Below are positions 17,801 to 29,436 of a stretch of 40,975 bases of DNA, piece by piece. The notes under the pieces are model-generated. The model was not told the DNA's origin, did not search any database, and saw nothing but the letters and a program-made list of their open reading frames with translations. Position 1 is the first letter of the stretch. Every line of letters starts with the position of its first letter. The DNA comes from Klebsormidium nitens. Its lineage: Eukaryota > Plantae > Klebsormidiophyceae. The DNA is taken from NCBI GenBank assembly GCA_000708835.1, contig DF237666.1:1-40975 (forward strand). The letters run 5' to 3'. The position numbers and the translations under genes are program-made.

Positions 17801-20800
17801 TGCCACAAAAAGGACTATTCCTGTCGCCGTTAAGATGGACATTGCGGGCCCCATTTCGCAACGCTTCGCAACTCAGATAGCGTCCACACGTCGGCTGCGG
17901 ACGTGCTTCGTCCCTCAGGCTCCAACCGATTCATGGCCCCATTGTACAGGCGATGCGGCATTACACGCACGACAATCTCTCCGAGGAGGCTCAGAAGCTG
18001 TTAAGCGGCTTCTTCTCCATGCTGGCCAAGCTTTCGGAAACCTTTGTGTAAGTAGTTTTCCCAGACTTGGGCTTTCGTGTAAGTAAACTTTGGTTCGGGC
18101 TGAGTCAGACTAGCTTCGGCCAGGCAAGGCGGTGCTCCAATTCGACGTCGAGATGGTATCCAGTAGCCTCACCGAAGGAAGCGGGAAGAACAGTGGGATA
18201 AGTTGCAGACTGAGTCATAATGCTTCTATACCCGACCCCTTAAGAAAAGGCTAAGCGGCAGGATGAGTGCGAATGCACGGTAAGCTTATGCAGCCAGTGA
18301 TTACTGCCACCCACGATTGTAATCGAAGCTCTGGTTGAGTTGTACTGCACAACTGCCTGTTTGCAAAGCTTGTTGCGTAGCAGAGTCTTCGTCTAACACT
18401 CTGAGGTATTCTTTGTGTCCCGCAGGTTTATCTATCAGGGCGTCGCCCTTTTCCTGAATCCTCAAGCCTGGGACAAGAGCCTCAATTTTACGGTCATCTC
18501 GATCTTCGCCATCCTTTTGGCGAGGTAAGAGCCAGTTCGCCTTTCCGATATACAGTCTGCTTCTATAAGGCGCTGAAGCGCGTCAAGTCCACTTTGATTT
18601 TCATGCAGTTGAGGTCTCTCGCGCGGGCATTGCTTTGCATAGAACACGCTCCTTTACTTGGATCTTTGCCCTTGCGTCCCTCAAAGTGGCACGTTAAGAA
18701 CTCATGTTGTGGATGCAGATTGCTCAACGTGTACCCTTGCGCGTGGGTAATCAACATGTTCCGGCCAGCAGACAGCAAGATTCCGTCCAAGCATCAGCAT
18801 GCGTTGTGGTACGGAGGTGAGACGCCTGCTCCTTCCTACCCTTTACTATGTGATTGAGGCCGCTTTGCATCAGAAGCAACAAGAAAGCGCCATCTCGGAA
18901 CTGTCGGATAGAGTTGTTGCTTGAGAATCTCATCTGCGAGCCGTTTATCGCCTTTGAGTTCTCATACTTTACGTGCCGTGGGCTTTTTCTGTATGCCTAT
19001 CTGGATACCTTTGCCAATATCTTCAGAGCCTATCGTTGCACGATCACATCAAAAAATACGTATTCACCAGGCCACCGTGCCCGGGTTATTTCCGGAACCT
19101 CCAACCCCACTGAAATAGGCTGTGCTTCGTTCGTGTCCTGGCAGGTCTGCGTGGCGCCATGGCCTTCGCGTTGTCTCTCCAGTCCGTGACGGACTTGCCG
19201 GACGGCCACGGCAAGATTTTCCTCACCACCACGCTCTTCACGGTCCTCTTCACGGTGAGACGACGCAGAAGGCTGGTTGAGCTCTCTATAATATCATCGA
19301 ACAGCCGAACGATCGACCCTTCAGACCTTATAGCGTTCTGGCGTTTCATTGATGACGACTGCAAGAGCCGTTAAGGCTGTAAACCATTGACATGCTTTTG
19401 CTCTCAAGCACAGCCTCTGAATAGCGGTAGTGTCCCCTTGACCTCCCTCGAAGACCGCTTCGAAAACGTCAGGCACAGCTGGATGAAGGACGGTCAGCCT
19501 GCATGGGGCGGTGCGCTGATCCAGTCCTCTCGCTGTAGGTTCTGACCATCGGCGGGTCGACCGGCAGCATGCTTAAGCTGCTCAAGATCGAAACAGAGGA
19601 GGAGATACAGACGCGGGAAAGAGAACGGCAAGCGCAGCAAAAGGGCATCAAGGCGCCGGAAGATATTGAAGACCAGGTAATGCATTGCCTTAGCTGATGT
19701 TCCAAGCCGCGGCACTCGCGAGCCCTTGGAAAAACCATTGCCGTTTGTCACGGACTTCAAGTGGTCCCTCTCTTCTGCGAGTATTAACAGATTACGTAGC
19801 GCTTCAGACATATTCTCTTCCGAACTCGACACCAATGCCTTTACGAGATCTTGAAAGAGTCTGCTAGCTTTAGGCTTGAGCAATACATGTGAATGGAACC
19901 ATTTGCTTATTCTTCGCAGGACGAAGACGTCGAGCCTCGCAAAGGTCTTGTGAGCCCTGCGCGCATTCAGGCCAAGATGAAGAAGAAGTTCAGGAAGCTG
20001 AAGAAAACGTGAGTGAATGCTTTTTGAGTCTTCAAAAGTCCACTCTTATTCTTGTAGTATAGCGATGGAGGAAGCAGCTCACTAGCAGCAGCTCTGATTG
20101 GGTCCGTCTAGGCCGACAAGATCTGCAGGGACGTTTGAATGACGCGTAGATTTGTGCAGAACGAAAGTCGCTTTGATTCCGCGCTGCTTGAAGCAGGATG
20201 AAGCAGGCACTGCGTGTGTCAAACAGGAAGTCACTGTTTCAGTGCTTGTTTGATTAAAAGCACAGACACCTATGTTTTCAGAACCTTCATAATTATTGTG
20301 GTGGGTCAGCTCGTACATCATCCAATCACTTCTGCCATCGAGGTTCAATGCAAAAACAATGTGGGTTCCTGCAGTGCGAACTTCGAACACATCGACCGGA
20401 AGTTCCTGAAACCTATCTTCACGGGGACCAGCGACAGCGAAGCGAGCGCAAGTGAGACGGAGGGGAGTCCTGCGGGTGAGCAAAGAGTCCCCGGGTTCTG
20501 CCGACGAGACCTCTTACAGATCCGTCTTAATCCTGCAGATTCCCAAGCCGCCAATTGCTCCTGGTACTCTCCGCGCATCATGAAGTTTGAGGAGCGTGGA
20601 TGCGAGCAGCCTTGTTTATCCAGACTTTATCTCCCAGTCACATCGTTTGAGTATGAAGGAGAAGAGGTTGCAAAGCACGTGCGCACTTGGTGTCCTGTCG
20701 TAGCATCTGCAACAAGGGCAGCGCAACATCATCTGCTGTCGACACTTGCTCGTGTTCAAATCCTGCTGAGCATCGTCGTTACCTTAATATGCGCAGGGCA

Positions 20801-20993
20801 TGGGGAAGCCGCGAAAATGATCGAGCTAACCACTGCCCGCTCGCTGACACGGCTGGCCAACAGCAGCATCCTGATGCAGCCAACACTGGAAGCCAGCGAA
20901 GATAACGAGGTGGATGACCGTGATAGCGTCCGATTGATTGTTCCCACATCCGATTCTAGGGGCGCCGCCAAGCGGCGATCAACGGGATACTAG
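14892..20993 (+). CDS. NHX6: Endosomal (class II) Na+(K+)/H+ antiporter, CPA1 family, NHX5/NHX6-like, ~18 exons
   Basis: Exons 14892-14963, 15179-15326, 15582-15633, 15854-15938, 16071-16156, 16400-16511, 16760-16842, 17027-17185, 17431-17478, 17700-17760, 17950-18047, 18426-18524, 18719-18816, 19145-19254, 19539-19676, 19920-20008, 20375-20475, 20797-20993, all in phase. Motifs [83 protein letters not shown] and IGGSTGSML match plant NHX5/6. NHX5 and NHX6 cannot be told apart. Splicing of the tail is uncertain. Confidence 0.94.
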
Positions 20994-22057
20994 TCCTGTA
21001 CTCAGCGGTGCGGGCTGTCTGAGAGATTTTGATAGCTTCCCAAGCGTTGTTAACAATACAATCTGAATCTGCCCCCCGGCCCAGTCTGCCGCATATCAGA
21101 CACATGCTGCGTATTGCTGGCCATGCATCAAACGACTGAGTGTATGAAGTATTCACTGAGCGAGACCAGCATTCCCTGCGGTACAGTGCAAGATGTATCC
21201 TTTCATTCGAAACACGGGCCGTGCCGCGCCGTGACGCAAGTACCGCCACGCCGGGCTTCTGAGACTGGACCTCTTTCAAACGACTGCTCTTTCCGATTCG
21301 GACTGGTTAACGTGCATCGACATATATGACTCTCATATGCATAAGGTGCGATCAGCGTGCTTACGGGTACTAGCTATCCATGCTTACGATCTGATCATGT
21401 GGCAAGACTGATTACGGCGGCCCAGCCACACATATCTTGTGGGACGTTATAAGCTTAAGGTCTGGTGAACACTGGGCCTGCGCGCCAAATACTCCCGAGG
21501 AAAATCCTCTTCATGCAATGCATCGGGCATTCGCTGATCAATAGTCGAAGCTGGTCTATTTATATTATAACAGGAAATTAACACTAGGATCTGCACAACG
21601 CCGCGTGCATGTCACGAAAATGCTGCAAACCGCATATGCGCAGCTCCAAGACAAACATACCGGTAATCCAAGTTCAAGTCGGACTGGGCAGCAGGTCTGT
21701 AGGTTGATTGTTGCATGTGCAAGCTCCTTTGCGTGCTTATTAAGTTACAGTGTTGGACCCGCTCGAGTTTTCAAGGAGATCCCCTATGCTTATGAACATG
21801 ATCGGTGCAGCTATACACTCAAAGCCTTCCAGAGCTCAAAACTTGTGTGCCTAATAGATTCACAAAAACAACCTGCTTACGGCAATCCAACAGACACGGT
21901 CTGCCTCTTCGGCGTACCGTGCTTTATGTCCCTCTCAACGACATTCACCACATCGTATTAAGACTATCAACTCGTGACTATGCAGCTCTGTGAGACACAC
22001 GAAACGAAACACGGGCCGAGAAGGACAAATCTTGCGAGCCTGCATTCTCCCGCCAGT

Positions 22058-25000
22058 TTACACCTCTGGATTGATCAACCGTTCCAGATAGGGCGGGATG
22101 TAGAAGGTGCTCGGGAAGGTGCCTGTAACCGTCGAAATAATTGCAAGTCTTACTTGCTAGCAGAATCGGCATTCTGGAATCGAAAAGTTCAAACACTGCT
22201 TTTTGAGCAAGGTCAGTGGCATGAGGGCTGGGAGTGCTTCTTAGAAGGGTGTGCCGAATTCCCTCGATCTTGATCGTCGTTGCGCATCGACACTAACGCA
22301 TGAACAGGAAGAGAAATCTTTAGTTAGACCTTCAAAGATGCTCGAAGCACAGATGCTGTTGCTGAAAGGAATATTTGGGACACTTTCTAGGGACCGGGGG
22401 TATGCATCCGGCGGGTAAACTTACCAGCACTGTTTGGGAAGAGCGTGATCAGGAGGATGGCAAACAGGGACAAGCCCACAGCAAACCTGCAAATATGGAG
22501 TCTCTCTCCAATTCAATGAGTTCTTGGCAGCCTTTGACCATCCTTTTCTTTGAACCGATAAACAAGTGAGCACGTTCCCATCCCCCTCCGTTTGCCAGGG
22601 GTACGATGATTCAATTGTTTTGTACTAGACAGTCAGGCTAGGAAGCAGTAACTCTCGGCTCACAGCAGAAGCATTTGCTCATCGCGCATACTCAACCCAA
22701 GACTTCTCTCCAAAGCGAACCGTAAAACGTCCTCCTCACCTCCACTTGGTCACGGGAGTGATCTCATCAATCGCCGGCAGCTCCTCCCCGCCCCGGAAGA
22801 AGAGCGCGATGAAGCCGACGGCCAGGCACAGCACGCTGCCGCTCAGTCCGCCCAACCCGAGCAGCAGATTGGTGGTGAAGCTGATGCGGCGCGCGATCTT
22901 GCGACCGAAAAGCGCCTGCGCGATGCGGCCTCCGCTGAGGCGCCCCGATGGGAGCAGGTCGATCGAAGACACCACGATGCCTGGAGGGACGCAAGGTGGG
23001 CGTCAGCGCGGGCAGGGAGGTGGCGGCGTGACGTCAGCGGGATTTGTTGGGCGCTGATGTGGCCGCAAAACGGTGTCTGTTCGGTTGAAATCGACCCACT
23101 AGCATTTGGAAGAGAGTACTGTAGGTCCGGTTGTGCGGGAGAATCAGCAAGGTCCACTCGCGGCAAAGATGATGGCTCGAGCGCTGGATTGCAGGGGACT
23201 TACTGGCGGCCAAGGGACGGATTACAGAGCAACCTAGAGCGGCAGTCACAAAACCTGTGTCTCTGGAAAACGAGAACGATGCGAAAACTTTGTCTTTGGT
23301 GAAAGGAGGGCACTGAAACTAGTTCAATGAGGAATATTTCGTGACGCGCTACTGTTCATGTCTGGCGTATGCCAGTCAAAGGTTCCATTGTGACAGCTCA
23401 ACAGATAGTCAACCGAGGAATTCTTGTCTTATACACTTTGCAAGGTAACACGCCTGATAACTAAACGAGATCGTCGAAGGAGTGTCGAACGGCATTGGAT
23501 CGCACACATCCTGAGCAAAGAGCTCAGACCTTGTGTCGCATCTCGTCATAGCCGTTCGGTGCCACTTACGCTTACAACGAACGCAATGAAGATGATCCGA
23601 CTTTCGATTCCTGTAGAAACGCATACGAGCGGCCATTGATACAACGCCAGATTCTTCCCTCGCGCTGACAGACATGTAGAGCGTCGCGTTAAGAGGCTTC
23701 CCGTAAGCCCTTAGTAAGGTACGCCTCACCAGGACAAACCTCGAAACGAAAAAGCATATAGAGGAACGCGTCAGCATGACAAGGGGCTGCCCGCCGCTCA
23801 CCAAAGAGGCCCCCGAAGGCGAGCGGATTGACAGGCACTCCGAGGCCTTCCACGGCCTGCGGCAGCACGTTGCCTAGCTCATCCGAGTACGGACCAATGA
23901 CGTACTGGATGAAGGACACCAGAGGGTTGTTCACGAAGAACGTGGGGGTTATGTACCTGGCAGCGGCAGAGGGCTGGATTAAGAAAGAATGTTCGCATCC
24001 TGTGGTGTTCAAGGAGCTGTCCAAGGTTCTGTCCTCAGCTCGAGAGAACACGCCATGGGCATGCATGTCCACAGAAGTTTGAGAATCTAGGGCTGCAGGC
24101 GCAATAGAGTACATTGGAGAAGGTCGACGCATCCGGCTCTAGAAGACAACGACGATTCAAGCCCGAAGTGCCAGAAGAAGCCTCACACTTGCTACTTCAT
24201 CTCAACTAGTCTTAACGCACAGGCAGCGAGCAAGCCATCAAGCTGGACCAAGAAATCGAAGTACTGAACGGAGCAGACGCAGACTATTGACGGCAAGTAC
24301 CCGTTCCCAAGTGACAACCCTGGGACTGGCGCATCCTGCAACCTAAAGAGGACCTGAGTACGTAAAGGTACTTACAGCGGATGCGGTCCACCAGTGGCGC
24401 CTTTATCGCCGTACAGCGCCACTGCTGCCAGGACCAGTGACGTCAGCAGGGCACTGCCAGCTCGAACCGCGGCAACATCGAAGAAAGCTGCAGAAGCCAG
24501 CAGAGGGGATTGGGTGTCAATCACACTGTCACAACCGGACCTTTGAAACCACGACGGAGATAGATTGGAGCCTTCCAATGCCTTGGTCCAGTTTTGGGAA
24601 CCTCGATTGGGTATCCTTGTAAGCGTCTTCCCTACCAGACGTTTAAGTGCTATTGAGCTACTTAAGTATATTACTCTTTCCGATACTCTTTCTGCAGTCG
24701 AGCGTACAGAAACCACTATGAACGTCTTACTTTAGATCGCGATCCCTGATACACTCGAGCAGCGTGGTTCCTGAACCTTGTTCACCGAAGCTGATTTTTA
24801 CAGCCTCACATGCCTGCTACTTTTTAGAGGCTGCTACCTTATCCTTGCAAAGACCAGGAACTTCGCACCTCACTTTCCGCTTACCGTTTCTGTCTGGCAG
24901 CACCGACTCGAAGCTGTTGGCGAGACCGAGGCAGCCGGTCCAACCGGACGGGATGAATACCGTGGGACCCAGCTTCACGCCGTTCTTCTTGGCCACCAAA

Positions 25001-28000
25001 CGGGTGGACGTCTGCAAGAACAAGCAAGCTTTTCCTTAGTAGAACTCTGGCTGGATCCCCATAAGTTGGCGACTGGTTACTTGGCAAATTTGGGGATTGT
25101 GAAATCAAAAGCTTTTGGTGACCCCAATTTTCAGTGATTCGGATTTTTCAGAGTTAAACAGGAGGAGGAGGGTGTGGCAGGACACTGAATATGGAACGGC
25201 AAACTTCTTTAGAAGGGACTCATATCCTTGATTACCAAACACTAAAGCCTCGTGAAAAAAGTAGGGTTTAGGAACCTCAAAGTAAGGCCTCGAAGGCGTA
25301 CAGAATCCTTCCAGCTTTTTCCTGCACGACACTTACCTCAGACACACCAACGATGATGCCAAATGCCAGCATGATGGGGCCGAGCCTCTCCCAGATGTCC
25401 GCTTGACTGTTGACCAGGGCGTTCGGCAGGAAAGACAGCCCAAGGGAGCCGACACTGCAGATGCCAATGGAAAGCCGTTGAGTGCAGGGGCGAGGGCTTC
25501 GCGGCGCCGGTTATACTGAGAATACCAGGCAATGGAGGTCAGGATCTGGCTGCCTTTCTTGCAGTCGAAGCGTCAGTGAACGCTGCGCTGAGTCTGCTGA
25601 CAATTGTCGACTTTGTGCAACTTCGGCCATGATCTAATGAGACTTGCAACAGAGTAGATATGGCGCGAAAATCGCACGGCATGCTGGGCAAGAATCGTGC
25701 CCCATGAACATAATTGACAGTAGCTTTCAACTTCGATACGTTGAGGAAGTGTCGAGAAAGTTGGCGGCAGGCACCCTGAAAGTAGAACACTTACCTGGCG
25801 ACGGTTGCGACCGCGAGAAAGAGCACCAGGCCCCAGCCGAGGGGCTTATTCAGAGAGCCGGCCTCCAGCAACTGGTCTACGTCTTCTTTCCTCTGAACAA
25901 CGATGATGACCTACAGAGGAATAACTTGAATACTTTCAACCCTCTTGAATGCTCTGCATCTCACAGAAAGGATTCCGGGAGAGCTTTGGCCGCTTGATGG
26001 CGAATTTAGCTGAAGCTTCAATCCTCAAGCTGCGTAAGTCAGCACGACAGGTTGTCCTAGACCAGAAGTGGCCGCTAAGTTGACAAGTTGTGTTTCCGAC
26101 CCCTTTCTCGCCGTTCACTTTCATTTTTCTCAGCCCTGACGATGCGAAAAAGACAAGAACGGAGTCTCCTACCGTGTCCTCCGTCCCAGCTGCGTAGTTA
26201 TACCACACGTATACGTCTGTTCCGGCCGCCTCCTTCAGCTTCTTCTCCAGCACAGGGCGGACCTCCTCGAGCGGCTTCCTGTGAACCAGTTTGCAACCAT
26301 TTCATTGTGTCAACCGAATTTCGTGATTCCAACAGCGCAAGTTAAGCTTGGTGTCGAACCGCCAAGACAATCCTTGTCGAGGCGTACTTCAGCTCCAAGG
26401 TCAGGAAGCGGCTACATTTGTCATTCTCATTTTGAAGCAACGGAGAACAACAGCCCGAACTGTAGAGCAAAAGTCTCGGCTTTCAAAGCGAGAAGACGCA
26501 AGTCGTTGTGTGAACAGCGGCTCACTTCAAAGCCCCCGGAAAGATGCCTCCGGAGCCATATCGGATGCTGTCCGTCACATTGAATGTATTGTAATCGAAC
26601 GCCCTTCGCAGCTGCACAAAAAGCAAAGGAGCCGCTTGTTAGTGACCCTCAGTTTGCAGGTTGATCGTGAGTGGCACCACCCAAATTCAAGAAGACAACC
26701 TTCTGAAAAGCCAGGGCAACCCAACGGATTGCTGGTTTGACTTCGCTTCAGCGCGGGTGTTTCAGACGAGAGAGCCGTCCGTTGACCCAAATCCTACCTT
26801 CGAAGCCCTTGAATGAATCGTATATGGAGGCCAAAGTCTGTTGATTATGCCTTGACAATGATGACGACCCTGTTCTCGAAGCTCTTTGAGAAGTGATACC
26901 TTAGGATAAAGTGCCTACGACAAAAGGCTTTGTCTTTAACCATATGCACAGGCGGCAAGATCGGTCAACATTTGCACGTACGACAATCTTAGAAAGGCGA
27001 AAAATTATTTTGGCTATATTTGCAACAAAGTATAGTAGAATGCGGGTCGAGAAGCGCAGGTTCAGCACCAACAATAGCGAGACTCGACTCATACACAATC
27101 CGCCTGGTCGAACCGTCCAGGAAACCACCATTCTCAAGGCCCATCTTTAGAGCCTTCACCTATTCCGACCAGCATACAGACTGAAGTCGATTGCAGCGTT
27201 GTCCAGCGCCTGTTGCACTCTCACCTTGCCTAGGTCGAGTGGGTCTTTGATGAGCCCCTGTTCCTTGGCTGTCTGGTACGCCTGGTCAATCGCCGCATGC
27301 AGAGTGTCCAAATCCTTCTGGCTCAGCTCCGCACCCTTCTTCTGCTGCTGGCTTTCCACCTTCTGCGCCGTCTCCTTGGCTGTCTTGAGCTGTTCCTCCG
27401 CTTTGGGAAGCTCGTGGTTGTTTTCCTCTGCTTCGTTCTTCAGCTGCTCCACAGCTTGTTCCGCCTTCTTCAGGTTCTCCAGGGCTTTCAGATAACTGGC
27501 CACTGCAGGGCGGTGGGGAGTTGTTAACTTTAAGCCCTATAACCGCTCATTAAACAGTGCAGGGCCAACACAATGAAGCTCTCTAGGATTGCGGATACAG
27601 TAAGTGTACAGTTACTGTACACTTACTGTAAAGTCGAAGCCTATATCATTTGGTTTTGAAAGGAGTCACTGGTTGAAAAGCGTCCATCTGGCATTTGTAC
27701 GATGCTGCGGGTACTCACGTAACGCTGCATCGATTCCACTGTCCTCCAAAGGTTCAAAAGCAGACAGAGAGTACTGTAGACTCCGGAGAGGATGTAAGAC
27801 TGACTTTTGATTCTTCTCAGCCATTGTCTGGCTGTCAACCTTAGTCAGAGGAAGATAACAAGAGTTTGTATTCGTCGCCAAAATAGATGGCCCTCGGCAG
27901 AGTCCCTGACCACCTTTTCATAAACGATTCTGCAATCCTGGCTCGAAATCTTCTATGCCCCGCCGGGTTGGCCTTAAAGGTTTCGAAACTCCTTACCACT

Positions 28001-28967
28001 GAAGTCTTCCTTCTTCTTCTCCTTCACCTGGGTGCTGCCATCCTCCCCCTCTGCCATGCACACCCATCGTGGCTGACGCATCTGGGGCTTACGACTGGTG
28101 GGCACAGGCCTGCCGGCCACTTTCTGCAGAAGATAACAGAAAGTGTAAGACTTTTGATCAAGCTTCGCAACTCTTGCCTTAAGTGGAAATGATGGTGTTG
28201 TGCCACCCATGATTGAATACTTTGATTGAAAAGCCGCATCCTCCTTGCCTCCAGTCGTTTGAATAAAAGGCTACAAGCGTTCAATCGTTTCAAGTGTCCC
28301 AGGACTCAAGTCAGGGGCAAAGGCCAATCTTTTCTTTGTTCCCCAAATGCAATTCCTTCCTGGATGATGGAAGTGCAATGAGACCTTTGAGACAACGACA
28401 AATACCTTTTCAATCAAGCAAATCATCAGCTAGGGAGAGCTCAGGTTACTAGCTACCATAAACCAGGGGCTGAAGCTGAAGGCTGAAGTTATTGCCTGCA
28501 GAGCTTGGTAGCATTTCTATCAAAGGAGCGCAATGTTGACGAAGAGTTCGTAAGAAACAGGCAACGCAACATTGTTTAATGTCTGGAAACAACAGTCAAC
28601 TTCCACGACTAAGACGATATTTTCTGGAAGCTAGCTCCTGACTTGGCTCTTTAAGTTACTGTATTAGATGCCCATGAAAGTAGCCCATAAGTGACGGTTC
28701 AGCCAAGATCCTGCAGCCACCTGGATACACCTCAAATGAAACTCAAAGCTAAGAAAGCATACTGAAGACATAGTACCACCAAAGGGGGGACTCTCTTAGG
28801 CCTGCGTTGATTCAAAAGACCTCCAAAAGGCTCACCACTTGATGTTTTCTCACAGCATTGTGTGCCCATCGAACGGCATGGACGGACTTCTCTGGTTTGG
28901 GAAGTGAACATGCAAGTGCATGCCCGCATGCACTGCCGCTGGCCAACAGCACAGCCTGCGAAGTCAT
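22058..28967 (-). CDS. EGY3: EGY3-type chloroplast M50 (site-2) metalloprotease homologue lacking the catalytic Zn motifs
   Basis: Minus-strand exons 28967-28836 (transit-peptide-like, tentative), 28123-27997, one ending at 27719 (5' edge unresolved), 27502-27225, 26611-26526, 26278-26173, 25910-25795, 25454-25337, 25011-24885, 24487-24376, 23956-23802, 22980-22740, 22486-22425, 22122-22058 (TAA). Peptides LEKKLKEAAG, GVKLGPTVFIPSGWTGCLG, NNPLVSFIQYVIGPYSDELGNVLPQAVEGLGVPVNPLAF, GGRIAQALFGR and GLSGSVLCLA..FFRGGEE match my recollection of Arabidopsis EGY3. Confidence 0.9.
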
Positions 28968-29296
28968 CCTTAAAGCGGGAGTTGCTTGCTATCCCTTTCT
29001 AATTGTGTTCGCTTGCTTGTTGAGGGGGAAGAGAAGGATTAAAGGAGGCGCAGCATTTCAGTCCCCCGCCTTCTGATCGCTTCTGATCAGCAACAGCAAG
29101 AATTTCGCAGGAGCAGCACATAACCGTCATGATAACGTCACTCTGTGAAAGAAGGCAACAACTTGATGAGTTGGCCACTCGGAAGGCTGAGAACTTTCAA
29201 TGAATGAACCATGGGCCAATCGGACGGTATGAAAAGCTTCCAAGGAGTTACCACGTGAGCACCAGGCTGATGTCAACTCAGGATTAAACTGGTCTA

Positions 29297-29342
29297 GCGC
29301 GGCATGTTTGATTCATACTTCAATTTCAAAGCTCTGCCGCGC
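29297..29342. promoter_or_regulatory. Inverted GC-box plus TTTGA motif pair in the EGY3/RFC1 head-to-head promoter
   Basis: GCGCGGCA (29297-29304) and its reverse complement TGCCGCGC (29335-29342) flank internal TTTGA(T) and TTTCAAA. The pair lies between divergent ATGs at 28967 and 29437. Confidence 0.35.
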
Positions 29343-29436
29343 CTGCTTGCTGGCGCCGGTCTGGAGACGAACTGTGAATGTGGCCCGGGCAGAATTTGTA
29401 CAGTGGCTCAAAATTTGGGCGCACAAGCTTGCAAAG

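Noticed and set aside
21208-22018. 14-bp direct repeat CGAAACACGGGCCG at 21208 and 22005, a possible mobile element boundary
   Set aside because: There are no terminal inverted repeats, target-site duplication or transposase ORF. One such match is plausible by chance in 41 kb.
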